Shown here piece after piece: positions 12,509-25,289 of a stretch of 64,000 nucleotides of DNA. Source of the DNA: Octopus vulgaris (taxonomy: Eukaryota); assembly GCA_951406725.2 (NCBI GenBank), contig OX597827.1, forward strand, positions 57,226,001 to 57,290,000, read 5' to 3'. Both the position numbers and the translations under genes were made by a program. Position 1 is the first letter of the stretch; every line of letters starts with the position of its first letter. Under the pieces are notes generated by a model that had not been told where the DNA came from, searched no databases, and worked only from the letters and a program-made list of their open reading frames with translations.

Positions 12509-13522
12509 AATATATTTCGACTAAGTTTTAGCTGTCGTCTCTTTCCTCTGCCTCAAATATTTAAAGGATATTAGTATTCTTCTGGTGTAATTACATAACT
12601 GATAAATCAAGATTCTAATACACTTGTGATAAAATAGCTAATGTATACACACTATCAATAGGCCATTTACTGCAGGATTTGTACTGAAATAACATGCCTT
12701 ATGAACTTACTGTGTTAAAAATATAATATATATATATATATATATATCAGGGAGGGACAAAGAATTCATTCCAGCCGTTGCCAGTGACAGCGCATGCACA
12801 TTGAACACGTAGCGAGGTTAGTTATACAGCTTTAAGTAGCCAAATAATTGGTAAGTAACCTCTAAGATTGACTTTAACTTAAAATATCCTAGCTATCTGA
12901 AAAGCAATCTATATACTTTATTTGTGTTCAAATGAAAGATCTCCACCAGATGTATCCTTTCCTGCTAACCCCATAAAAATATATTAAAGAGAAAAAAAGT
13001 TATACAGCTTTCAATAATTGCCAGTTGTAAATATGTGTGTTGTAATTACATAAATACTTAAATGACAACTTGTCAATAGAAGGCAAACAGAAAATCCATT
13101 CTATAATTGTTTTATTTTTAGTCGACCTTCTCTCCTAATTCGACTCTTCATTGCTCATAGTTAGTGCTTTATATATTTTTTTTTATTATTGCTCCCTTTT
13201 TAAAAAAAATTTATTTCTGATAAATATTAATTAAAAAATTAATTCTAAATAGGCAGATTTCATAATATCTAATGTAAAGAAAGTGCTATTCAATTTAGAA
13301 TTTCTAACAAAAATGAATAGACATCAATTATTGATCAATAAGAAATGAAATAGTATTAAAAAGTAAGCTAAATTTGTTATTAGAATAAAATTTATTAATT
13401 TTTCTGCATCGCCTGTAAAAGAAAAGTGGACTAGAATGAAAAATGCGAGCAAGGGATAACAATATTCTTAGGTATTTAATAAACTTGAAAAATACAGGAT
13501 AACATCAGGATCAGGATAGACT

Positions 13523-13576
<54 letters not shown>

Positions 13577-13733
13577 CATACAGATATATATCACCGTCAC
13601 CGTGACCAACCAGGATATCAGATGTTGCTACACATACACACATACATATACAAAGAATGTTCTGAAACTAATGCAAAAGTTGGTATAATTTTTCTTTAAT
13701 TATCTGACATAAATCGTTCAAATTACGCATGTA

Positions 13734-13916
13734 GGCGTAGGAGTGGCTGTGTGGTAAGTAGCTTGCTTACCAACCACATGGTTCTGGGTTCAGTCCCACT
13801 GCGTGGCACCTTGGGCAAACCTCTTCTGCTATAACCTCGGGCCAACCAAAGCCTTTTGAGTGGATTTGGTAGAAGGAAACTGAAAGAAGCCCGTCGTACA
13901 TATATATATATATATA
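13734..13916 (+). mobile_element. SINE family A, head half
   Basis: ggcgtaggagtggctgtgtggtaagtagc...gaaactgaaagaagcccgtcgta followed by (TA)n. Confidence 0.9.
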
Positions 13917-14012
13917 TTGTGTGTAGTGATTAAAACCTGTTCATTTCATCCTTTTGCTTTGTAAATTTACACACACACGCACACACGCACACACACATAT
14001 ACATATGTATAT

Positions 14013-14262
14013 CACGTGGTCACATGACCGACCAGGCTATCAGATGTTACTACACATTGCTGGTCACAATGCGTTTCTCATTGTTTTAGCCTTCAAATTA
14101 CGCCACCCCGCGAGCAGGCCAACAGAAGAATGAGTGAGACACTCCCTGCCGGAACCTCGTGTTTTCGCTCAATAAACACTCGCAACGCCCGGTCTGGGAA
14201 TCGAAACCGCGATCGTACGACCGCTAGTCCTCTGCCCTAACCACTAGGCCATTGCGCCTCCA
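14013..14262 (-). mobile_element. SINE family R, tail type c
   Basis: Reverse-complement homolog of 7277-7573. Confidence 0.85.
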
Positions 14263-14295
14263 CGGCGCTCCACATATGTATATATAAGTACGTAA

Positions 14296-14388
<93 letters not shown>

Positions 14389-14770
14389 CGTGTGTGTAAA
14401 TACGTATTCATGGCTACATATACAGAGAGAAAGACAGAGAGAGTGTGAGTAAATAGGGGAGTGAGTGAGAAGGAGAGAGGGAATGAGAGAGAGACAAACA
14501 GACAGGACTTTTAAAAATTACTAACGACGGTAATGTATGGTGGCATGAAATAATTAAGCAATATTTATTAAACTAGCCCTAAACCTGTGTAAATAAATAA
14601 TATTTATTGAGTATAAACATATAAACGCTTGCAGTTTCGACCGCAAAATGTTTTCACTTCGTCAAAAATTTTATTTGTGTTTACCAGAAGTATAAAATCC
14701 AAATTGTTCACTCTTGTGAAACCTACAATAATTAATGAGTAGCTATAGTGTGTCATGCTTTTATCTATCT

Positions 14771-14804
<34 letters not shown>

Positions 14805-14815
14805 CTGTCTGTCCG

Positions 14816-14866
<51 letters not shown>

Positions 14867-14939
14867 GTGACCGCGTGTGTATCGTTGGCAATTTTCTTTC
14901 TCCGTCTTCCCTTTAGACTTTTTCTATATTTCTGATGAA

Positions 14940-16041
14940 CCAATATGGTGGCAAAGCTGAGACCATTGCAGAAGGATTGAAAAGCATCTTGGACGAATTT
15001 CACTTGTGGGGCGCGATCTCAATGATTATTGCTGATACGACTAGTGTGAATACAGGACAAAAGAGTGGGGTAGTGGTAAAACTGCAGAGAATGCTCTTGA
15101 GCAAAGGCTATGACAAGCTACCATTCATCAACTGTTAACACTATGTCTTGGGCAGAATCCTGCGCGTTATTATGGATGAGGAGCTAGCAGGCGCATGCAA
15201 TTCACCCAACATCGAATATTTTTTTGTCAAAGAACTCATGGCAAGTTATTGAGAACTCCAAGGCTCCTTCCCGAATGTCTTCGAAGATCAAGCTCGCTGG
15301 AGAGATGATATGAAGGTTTTGTTCCACTTAACCCATGCCTTTCGGTTTTTCCATTAAAACGGAGACATACCTTTCATCAAGTTTACGAAAATTCCGAACA
15401 TCGGTAATGTCAGATGGAATTAACGAGCAATCCTAGCTTTTCTTGCACTTTTCCTCATGCCACATGTGAGGGGAAGATTGCAGATAGTCTGCCAGTTCAT
15501 CTCATACGATTGAGTGGACCACTGGTTCAGTGACAAAATGTATAGAGCTGAAGGTTATGCAGAGCTATTGTAAGCCTTAACCTTACAAGACTGCTTTTAA
15601 ATGCTTGACAAATCACTGGAAACAAGAGCCAACAAGACTAAACATCTGCAGAAGTAATCAATGCTGTGAGTGTGTAATTAAGGTCATGCCAAAAACTACA
15701 TGCGACATGCAAGAACAAAGCCAACCTGCCATGCGTTTCACTCTTTCTAACAACTTACCGCAACTTGACTATTGACTAATTTGACTTTATATGACTTACC
15801 TTCTTTTTATTGTTCTGGAATGCAGAATACAGTTCTTTTTTTTTTTTTTATTCAACTAGGGTTCTAGTTTTTGGAAATCCACCCAAATGCAACCCGAGTA
15901 TAAAAATTTCAAAGTTCGTCATGGGTGAACTTTTCTGATCAAATACATAAAAAAAAGACCATTGATTTTCATTGTTTTCTAGCAAAAGCTCGTCAAAATT
16001 TTATACAGGGCTATGGAGTCGCAAAAAAAATTGTAACCCTC
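14940..16041 (+). pseudogene. Decayed hAT-superfamily transposase (resembles the hATm group) with 3' end
   Basis: Read-through translation gives IIADTTSVNTG...C*HYVLGRIL (CxxH-like)...WRDDMKVL...NVRWN*RAI..., then after a frameshift RSNQCCECVIK. Multiple stops. Possible TIR end ttgtaaccctca at ~16041. Confidence 0.7.
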
Positions 16042-16060
16042 ATATACATGCTTACATATA

Positions 16061-16200
16061 TACATACATACATACATACATACATACATACATACATACA
16101 TACATACATACATACATACATACATACATACATACATACATACATACATACATACATACATACATACATACATACATACATACATACATACATACATACA

Positions 16201-16230
<30 letters not shown>
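16061..16230. repeat. (TACA)n microsatellite
   Basis: Perfect tetranucleotide run of ~170 bp. Confidence 0.97.
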
Positions 16231-16232
<2 letters not shown>

Positions 16233-16416
16233 AATATACATACATACATAAATACAGACAGACAGGCATACAAGCATGGTGACTGTCAGCTCGTAGGCGA
16301 GTATGACCATCCTTAACAAATTAGCGTATTTTAGGATCTTAAAGACAATGGCTGTCAGCAATGCTAGTGCTGAATACTGAAGTTAATAACATCTTGCACC
16401 ACATGGCTAAAACGCT

Positions 16417-16486
<70 letters not shown>

Positions 16487-16542
16487 CGTATGCGTTCGTG
16501 CGTCTTTGTGTGTGCTTGCAGTATTTTTACTTTTAGTTTCAA

Positions 16543-17700
16543 GATGAGCGACTCAAGCTAAAGACCTAAAGAATGGAGAATTTTCACAATTTTCACACTG
16601 AGTGGGAAGAAACTAAATAGTTTCATCAAAATGTTTATTTAATATGCGGAGGCAGTGCAGCAATAATGCTGAACGTCATTTCCAGTCTAGTCACACGTCT
16701 CTTAATAATAGCCACCCAATTAAATCTGAAATAAGAAAACAAAAAATAAACGTATGAAAATCAAGTTTATCTAACTAGGAGCTTGTTTTCGCTAGAAACG
16801 TAAAAGAAACTGAAGATGCTACAATTTTTTTCTTTCAAATATAATTTGACTACCAAAAGAAAACAATTCTAAGATGGGCATTTTGTTTAAAGAAGTGTTT
16901 CTCAGTTGTGGTGGTTGATTTATGTGATATTTAACACGATTTATAGAAAAAAAATAGTGATTATTGATTCAGGGTAGAAACACCCTCAAATCTCTTTTTA
17001 AAGTGTTCCTGAAGCCCTTGAACGTAGTTAATGAATGGTGATGAATTAAAGTCACTGTTACATCATTTTCTTTATATTTACTAAAACGTTCGACAGATTT
17101 CATTGCCAACTGGAAAATTCACAAAATTATATCAGAAATTATATATCAAAATTATATCAGAAATAAAGCACTGATTAAACAACAGTTTTGCAAGAATACA
17201 TGGAATGTATGCAAATTCAACAGCGACTTGGTAATATGTGGTTAGTTCTCGCTACGGTTTGATGAATCAAAAGATGTATCAGACACAATACCGCCTATTT
17301 GGCACTCCGTCGGTTTCAACGATGAGGTTTCCAGTTAATCCGATCAACGGAAAAGCCAGCTCGTGGAATTAACGTGCAAGTAACTGAGCACTCCACGAAC
17401 ACGTTTATCCTTGACATTGTTCTCAAGGAGATTCAGCGGGACACAGAATAAGACAAGGTCGGTCCTTTGAAATACAGGTACAATTCATTTTTGCCAGTTG
17501 AGGAGACTGGAGCAACGTGAAATAAAGTGTCTTGCACAAGAACACAACGCATCGCCAGGAAGCGAACTCACTACCTTACGATAGCGAGCCGAATGCCCTA
17601 ACCACTAAGCCTTCACAATACAGCCTATATTTCCGGGGAAACTATTGAAAATGTTGCCTATGAAACGGTGAACAGCAGGTGACGGTGTTTATTACATATT
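16543..17700 (+). pseudogene. Decayed hAT (Charlie/SPIN-like) transposase N-terminal half
   Basis: Fragments FHTEWEE, AERHFQSSH, FSLRFDESKDVSDT (hAT first-Asp motif SLxxDESTD) and LLKMLPMK. Interrupted by a SINE at 17299-17613. Confidence 0.65.
17299..17613 (-). mobile_element. SINE family R, tail type a, with 15-bp TSD
   Basis: TSD cacaatac(c/a)gcctat at 17284-17298 and 17614-17628. The tail matches the 3' end of 57646-58026. Confidence 0.85.
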
Positions 17701-17732
17701 GAAGCTATACGTAATGTTAATATATACGCCAA

Positions 17733-17940
17733 GGCGGTGAGCTAGCAGAATTATTACCGCCCTGGGCTAAATGCTTTGTGGAATTTCTTCTGTCTCTATG
17801 TTCTGAGTTCAAATTACGCCGAGGTTGACTTTGTCTTTCTTCTTTTCAGGTTTGATAAAATAAGTACCAGCTAAACACTGAGATCGATGTCTAATCCCCT
17901 CCCACGAAATTTCTGGTCTTGTGCTAAAATTACAAATCAA
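17733..17940 (+). mobile_element. SINE family B
   Basis: ggcggtgagctagcagaatt...gttcaaattacgccgagg... Confidence 0.8.
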
Positions 17941-17944
17941 TATC

Positions 17945-20320
17945 TTTCTTCTTCGCTTCGTTTCGCTGACGAAGATTAGGAAGGCTGTTGTCCACATCAT
18001 CTGCACGCTCGTTCGTGGCTGATGTGAGATCGACATATTCGATCGCAATGAGGACAGAGGTATGATTGTCGAAAGTCTTATGATGCAGCTGCATTATTCT
18101 TTCGCCTCTGATGTTTGTCTTCGAGAGAGACACTGCGAGAGATCTCAAAAGAAGGAAACAGCATCGCTAATGGTATGGTGCCAAGCAGCACGGTCAGTTG
18201 CTAGAGTGGACCACTCACGATAATCAGTGTCACAAACGCTAAGAGACTGCTTCAGGCAGTCCTTGTAGCACTTCTGTGGTACCCTTCTGTTGTGGTGGCC
18301 AGTGGTGAGCTCGCTGTACACGATGATCTTGGGTAGGCGGTGGTATTTAATCCGTCAACGTGTCTTTCCCAACGTAGACGTGTCTCAAGTAAAATTACTT
18401 CCAGGCTGGTGACCTTTGCTCGCTTGAGGACTCAGTGTTGGTGATGTAGTCGCTCCAGTAGATGCTGAGGATGGTACAAAGCAGCGTTTGTGAAAACGTT
18501 CCAGGAGTCTGAGATGATAGTGGTTGGGGACCCAAGACTCAGAGCCATATAGGAGCGTCGTGAGAACGACGGCCATATAGACACTGACTTTTGTGCTGAT
18601 CTTAAGATGTTTATTATTCCACACACGCTTGTGCAGTCTGCCAAATGCGTTGTTTGCCTTTGCATGTCAGTTGTCAATTTCTTTATCGATGCTCGCATCT
18701 GATGAACTGGTTCATCCAAGATAAGAGAACTGCAGTACCGACCTCAGTTCTGATTCGCCAATGGTGATATGGGACATCCTGTACTCTTCTTGAGGAACTG
18801 GTTAGTGTAGGACTTCCGTCTTTTCCAAGCTTACTTTCAGCCTGAAGAGCTGGGCGGTGTCTGCAAAGCAGGATGTGATGCGCTGCAGGGCTCTTTCTGT
18901 GTGTGCGACAAGTGCGGCATCATCTGCAAAGAGGTGGTCCTGGATCACGTGCTCTTGAGTATTGGTGTGGGCCAGTAAGCGCCGGAAGTTGAAAAGACTG
19001 CCGTCCAGACGGCACCTGATGTAAACGCGTCGAAATCTACAGTGGCCTGCTTCAGCGTCGAAGTGTGCAGTGGCCTGCTTGAGCATCATGCTGAAGAAGA
19101 GAGTTGGTGCCAGGACACAGCCCTGCTTCACGCCGTTGTTGATGGGGAATGGCTCTGATATGTCGCTATTCAGGTGGACTTGTCCATACTGGTCTTCGTG
19201 AAGCTGGATGATCATGGGTTAGGAATTTTGGGGGCCACCCAAGTCAGTTTAGGATCTGCCACAGATCTTTCCTGCTCACAGTGTCGAACGCTTTCGTCAG
19301 ATCGACAAATGTTACATAAAGTGGTTTGTTTTGCCTCCGGCACTTTTCCTGTAGCTGCCTGAGAACGAAAACCATATCTGTTGCGCTCCTGTTTGTTCTG
19401 AAACCACATTGGCTTTCTGGAAGATGATTTTCGGCAATGGTCAGAACAAGTCTGTTGAGGAGTAGTCTTGCTAGAACTTTTCCTGCAGTGGAAAGTAGGG
19501 TGATCGCCCGGTAGTTTGAGCAGTCTGACTTTTCCCCTTTCTTTTTGTATAGTGTAATGATGATAGCATTACAGAGATCTTGTGGCAGTTTGCCCTGTTC
19601 CCAGCATGCAACGAGGAGCTCATGGAGTTTAGCATATATGACAGGGCCCCCCACGCTTCCATATCTTTGATGGTATGCCATCAACTCCTGCTGTCTTTCT
19701 ACTCTCCAGCCAGCCTATGGCAACTGTGGTCTCTCTCAGGGTTGGAGGCTCATCAAATTCCACTCTGACTGGTTGCTTCCAGATGTGGAGGATTGCATTT
19801 TCGTGGACAACTCAGTTTGCACTGACGAGGACTTTAAATTATCCAGACCAGCGGTTGAGGATGGATGCTGTGCCTGTGAGAAGCACCTGGCCATTTGAGC
19901 AGCGCAGGGCACCCCAGACTTGATGTGCTGGGCCGTAGACTGCTTTGAGAGCTTCATAGAACCCCCTGTATTCGCCAGAGTTAGTGCACAGCTGGGTTCT
20001 CCGTAAAAGGTTGGTCCACCGTTCATTCTGAACTTCACGGAGCTTGCGCTGCAGAAAGCTGCAAGCTTCGCGAAAGGTCGCTTTCTGCTCAAGGCAGATC
20101 GGTTATGCCAGGTGTGCTTGGTGGACAGACGTGTGAGTTCCTGGATCAGCACATCGTTTTCGTCAAACCAATCCTTGTTCTTTTCCTTCGTAAACCCAAG
20201 GATTTCTGCAGTGATCTGTAGGATGGCGGCTTTCAGTTGTTCCCATAGGATTTCTGGAGAGGGATCTGAGGGGTGATTGGATTTATCAAGCTTTGCCTGT
20301 TGTCCTTCCTGGAAGTTTAT
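17945..20320 (-). pseudogene. RTE-clade LINE, 5'-truncated, disrupted ORF
   Basis: ORFs 19736-20326, 19244-19684 (KKGEKSDCSNYRAITLLS, QCGFR, FVDLTKAFDTV), 18802-19215 (GVKQGCVLAPTLF, LFADDAAL) and 18385-18624 (LLYGSESW). C-terminal Cys/His motif and a short (GAA)n-like tail near 17945. Confidence 0.93.
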
Positions 20321-20849
20321 TTTCACTTCTTTTACTTGTAGATCTCTAGTTTTGATTTTCTTGTTGTATGAAGGCTCACTAAAGGCAAAGTTCTGAATAG
20401 ATTGTCAAGCTTAAATGAGTAGATGGAAAAAAAACATGTTCTCAAATACTCAAAAGTAAAATATCGGTTTAAAATTTTGGCACATACGAATTTTACCACA
20501 GGCATTATGAACAAATTGAATTGTTTAGATTTTGGAGCTTCAGAGAAAAGGCAATCATATTATTTGTAATTTTATAATTATTTAAAGCAAAACTATATTT
20601 TAAAAAAATTTTTCATCTGATAAAGAAGTCTATTGTATATTTTATAAATATGAAAAAAATGATTGATGATAGTGATTTTAATCCATCTTCATTCATTATC
20701 TACCTTCAAGGGCTTCAGAAACAGTTTTAAAAGAGATTTGAGAATGTTTCTGTGAAAGGCAATGATTACTGTTTTATAAATCGTGTTACATATCACATAA
20801 ATCTCATAGATACAAAATTATTAAAGCAACAGAAGCAGTACTATTACCA

Positions 20850-21070
20850 ATAGGTAAAATGTATCACCACTTAGAATTGGATGTTCAGTTAGAACACACA
20901 ATACTGCAATATTTACCATGAGAAAAATCTCTCATATAAGCACTCATATGCACAAGTGTGCATATATACACCGCAAAACCATGTGAGAGATCCTCTTATG
21001 GCGAATATCGCAGTATTGCGTATTCTAGCAGAACACCTTCTTTTAAGTGGGGATAAATTATATCCAATAT
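20850..21070. repeat. Imperfect palindrome of ~200 bp (MITE or fold-back-like)
   Basis: ccacttagaattggatgttcagttagaac..aatactgcaatatttaccatgaga pairs with tcttatggcgaatatcgcagtattgcgtattctagcagaacacc..taagtgg. Central hairpin atatgcaca-ag-tgtgcatat. Confidence 0.8.
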
Positions 21071-21134
21071 GTCGTATTTGTTGTGGAAGACTTATTCAAA
21101 TTAAAAGAAATTATCTCGAACTCTGGAATATATA

Positions 21135-21528
21135 GCAGCTGTGTGGTAAGTAGCTTGTTTACCAACCACATGGTTCCGGGTTCAGTCCCACTACGTGGCT
21201 ACTTGGGCAAGTGTCTTCTACTATAGCCTCGGGCCGACCAAAGCCTTGTGAGTGGATTTCGTAGACGGAAACTGAAAGAAGCCCATCGAATATATGTATA
21301 TATGTGTGCATGTTTGTATATATGTTTGTGTGTCTGTGTTTGTCCCCCCCCCCAACATCTCTTGACAACCGATGGTGATGTGTTTACGACCCCGTAACTT
21401 AGTGGGTCAGCAAAAGAGACCGATAGAATAAGTACTAGGCTTACAAAGAATAAGTCCTGGGGTCGATTAGTACGACTAAAGGCGGTGCTCCAGCATGGCC
21501 GCAATTAAATGACTGAAACAAGTAAAAG
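21135..21528 (+). mobile_element. SINE family A, near full length
   Basis: Head, internal (TA/TG) tract and tail ...gactgaaacaagtaaaag. Confidence 0.92.
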
Positions 21529-21854
21529 CGTATATATGTATATATCTTTAATCTATTACCTGTTTTAGTCATTAGACTGCGGTCATACTGGGGCACTGCC
21601 TTGGATTTTTAGTCGAATGAATCGACCTCAGTACTCATTTTTTAAGCCTGGCACTTATTTAATCGGTCTGTTTTGTCGAAACGATAAGTTACAGGGGTGC
21701 AAACACACCAACACCGAATATCAAGTGGTGCGGAAGGGGACAAATTCGATGCTTTGGAATATTTAATTCTCGGCTCAGCTTTACATCTGGATTACCTCCC
21801 TAAATTATGCTATGATTTTGAATTCTCTTAGAGTATGTCAATTCTTTATAACTG

Positions 21855-21921
<67 letters not shown>

Positions 21922-22067
21922 GAAGATTAAGTTCGATTAAGTTCGAACTCAGCACATTGCTCTAGAGAGCTGAAAGGCGAAAGCCATCCTCAGCGGGATT
22001 TGAACTCAAAACGTAAAATGGTGATTTTGTATCGGTTTTTCACATTCGTTATTAATTCTATTAGAAA

Positions 22068-23520
22068 GGCGCTGAGCTGGCAAAATCGCTAAAGCGTAGG
22101 GTGCAATTCTTAACTATATATATATTTTTAACGTTTTGAGTTCAACTTCCGTTGAGGTCGACTTTGCTCTCATTCTTTCGGAGTCGTTAAAATAAAGTAC
22201 AAATCAAATACTTGGGTCGATCAACCCTCTCCCTCTAAAACTGCTGTCCATGTCCCAAAACTTGAAACAAATATTCTTTTTTACTCTAAGTACAAGGCCA
22301 GAAATTTATTGGGTGGGGGCTAGTCGATTAGATCGACCCCAGTATGCAGCTGGTACTTCAGTTATCGACCGCGAAAGGATGAAAGGCAAAGTCGACCTCG
22401 GCAGTATTTTAACTCAGAACGTATAGACAAACAAAATACCTGTTTCTTTACTACCCACAAGGGGCTAAACACAGAGAGGACAAACAAGGACAGACAAAGG
22501 GATTAAGTCGATTATATCGACCCCAGTGCGTAACTGGTATCTAATTTATCGACCCAGAAAGGATGAAAGGCAAAGTCGGTCTCGGCGGAATTTGAACTCA
22601 GAACGTAACGGCAGACAAAATACGGCCATGCATTTCGCCAGGCATGCTAGCGTTTCTGCCAGCTCACCGCCTTATTTGAAACAAATATTGTTGTTTTTTA
22701 CAGCGTAACTGACAAATTCATGTAAGCGCCAGGCAAAATACTTAGCGTCATTTCTTCCAGATCCTTACATCCTGAGTTCAAATTCCGTCGAGGTCGACTT
22801 TGCCTTTCCTCCTTTCGGAGCCGATAAAACAGGTTCCAGTTGAAAACTGAGGTCGATGTAATTGGCTAGCCCCTACCCCAAAATTTCAGGTCTTGTGCCT
22901 ACATTATTGTTTATACGGCGGCGAGCTGGTAGATTCGTTACCAAAAATACTTAGCCGAATTTTTCTGGTTCTTCTTTACATTCCAAGTTCAAATCCCTCC
23001 GTGGATGACTTTGTCTTTCAGCTTTTGCGGAGTCGATAAAATAAGTACCAGTTAAGCAATGGGGTTGATACAATTGATTTGCCCTTTCCCTCGTAAAATG
23101 ACTACTCTACACCAGAAATTAGAAATGATAATTACTGTTCATTATTTACATTATTTACATTTGACGGATATTTGTCCTCATTTTGTTTATTAACAACAAA
23201 GAAGATGAGAACAACTATCCGTCAACTGTAAATAATGTAAATAATGTACATAATTCCTCATCTCTTAAATATAGAACTGGATAATTATCGTTGTTTGTAA
23301 TAAAGGTTTCTGATTGTGGTACAACGCAGACAATTTTTTGAGAGGAGGGAGGAGGCTAGTCGATACCATTCATCCGAGTACTTGACTGGCACCTTATTTT
23401 ATCAACTCCAGAGGGATGAATAACAAAGTCGACCCAAGCGCAATTTGAACTCGGAGCATAAGAGTCCAAAGAAAATTTCGTAAAACTTTTCCTTCGGGGC
23501 TCTGACCACTCTGCAAGCTT
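22068..23520. mobile_element. Cluster of SINE family B copies in both orientations
   Basis: Copies at 22068-22272 (+), 22285-22671 (-, dimer), 22705-22900 (+), 22917-23125 (+) and 23310-23520 (-). Confidence 0.85.
23135..23279. mobile_element. Short insertion containing a ~115-bp hairpin, flanked by gataatta direct repeats
   Basis: Arms cattatttacattatttacatttgacggatatttgtcctcat and atgagaacaactatccgtcaactgtaaataatgtaaataatg. gataatta at 23127-23134 and 23280-23287. Confidence 0.7.
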
Positions 23521-23638
23521 TCCTTCTTGTTATTGTTTGTGATAACAGTTTTCTAATGTTGACCCCCCACCCCGGGACTACAAATTCGACATTCTACATG
23601 GGAGAAAGGGATGGAAGTTCAGTAAATTAACTCCAGCA

Positions 23639-23807
23639 GGCGCAGGAGTGGCTGTGTGGTAGGAAGTATGCTTCCCCACCACATAGTTCCAGGTTCAATC
23701 CCACTGCGTGGCACCTTGAGCAGGTGTCTTCTACTATAGCCTTGGGCTGACCAAAGCCTTGTGGGCGGATTTGGTGAACAGAAACTGAATGGAACCGTCG
23801 TATAGTC

Positions 23808-23847
<40 letters not shown>

Positions 23848-24283
23848 TTGTGTGTGTGTGTATTTGTGGCTGTTGTCCACCACCACCACCAGCAGTTGAC
23901 GCCGTTCAAGAATTTGGACCTGGAGATCTCCATTTCCAGCGACTTCGAGGGCCACCTCCCAGTGGTGTCGGACGTCAACGAAGAGCCCTCGACTACAAGA
24001 CGACCAAAGTTTTTTTTTTCCACGGTCTGGGGTCTCCTGCCCCTAAGCCCTAGACCATCACCTAATCGACCTTACCCGTCTTGTTGATTAACAACAACAA
24101 CAACAACAACAACAACCAGCAGTTGACAACAGATGTTGGTGTGTTTACATCTCCATAACTTGGCGGTTCGGCAAAGGAGTTCGATATATGTAAATAAGTA
24201 CGTGGGTTAAAATAAAAGTCCTGGAGTCGCCTTCAAGGCGGTGTCCTAGCATGACCACAATTAAAATAACTGAGACAAGTGAA
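23639..24283 (+). mobile_element. SINE family A carrying a nested retroposon
   Basis: Head at 23639; the tail resumes after 24127. Confidence 0.85.
23901..24114 (+). mobile_element. 5'-truncated retroposon 3' end with (AAC)n tail and 13-bp TSD
   Basis: TSD accagcagttgac at 23888-23900 and 24115-24127. (AAC)n tail immediately before the second copy. Confidence 0.85.
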
Positions 24284-24549
24284 AAGGTGTTTAATTTTAT
24301 CGCCCACTTTCCATGGAAGGGACGAAGCGCAGACTTGACCTCGGGTGGGATTTCAACACTTTGGAACAATAAAAGAACCAGAACAAATAATCGCAAAACA
24401 GTTCTCCGACGCTTCTAACAATTCTGCCAAATCCATTCGCTCACGTAGTAATAATAACAAATATAATAAATAATATTTGTCGTTGCTGCTACCGCTGTTG
24501 CTGCTGCTGCTGCAGGTATTGCAGCTGCTGCTACTGATGATGATGATGG

Positions 24550-24588
<39 letters not shown>

Positions 24589-25289
24589 CGAATGAATGAA
24601 TGAAGTAAATAATAATCATAAAACGAAATGAGCAAAGTGCGTTGGTCTGTGCAAAAGCTGAAAAGCCGGCGGAGAGTTGGCGGAGAGCGACGACGGAGGA
24701 CGACGAAGAAAAGGCGTGGCTTAACGTTTACGCCAATTTATAGGCGGTGTCACTTTACTCTTTTTTTTCTCAGACAGAATAAGTTTCGTTTTTCTGCTTC
24801 CTTCCTTCCTTGCCTAACCCTCCCTCCCCCCCCCCGCCGTTGCTGTTCTTGCTTGTTTGTTTACTGTTGTTGTTTATGATGTAGCATTATCATTATTTCT
24901 TTTGTTTTTTTTTTAATATATTTTTTTTTCTATGGTGTAAGTTGTTGTTTTTATTGAGTAGGTGTTATATAGTATTTCGATGTTGTTTTTCGTTTTTGTT
25001 GTTCCCACAACCTCTTCTCTGCGTGACTGAGTGGATGTGTTTGGCTGCATGCGTGCGTGCGTGCGTGCGTGCATACATGCATATATGTACGTGTATGTAT
25101 GTGTGTGTGCGTGTGTGTGCGTGTGTGTGTGTGTATGTGTATGTTGTAAGAGTGCGTAAGAGTGGCTGTTCTAGTTAGTTTGGAAATGTTCAGCGAAGCT
25201 TATTTAGAGAAAGGCAATACAAAACGATGTTTGTTCATTAGAGTGAAGTTGTGGGCGGTAGCTGTACTGATTGCGTTGGATGTGAATCG

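Noticed and set aside
22526-22708. Recurrent ORF MRNWYLIYRPRKDERQSR (also at 38537 and 54632) as a small gene family
   Set aside because: It is the antisense translation of SINE family B.
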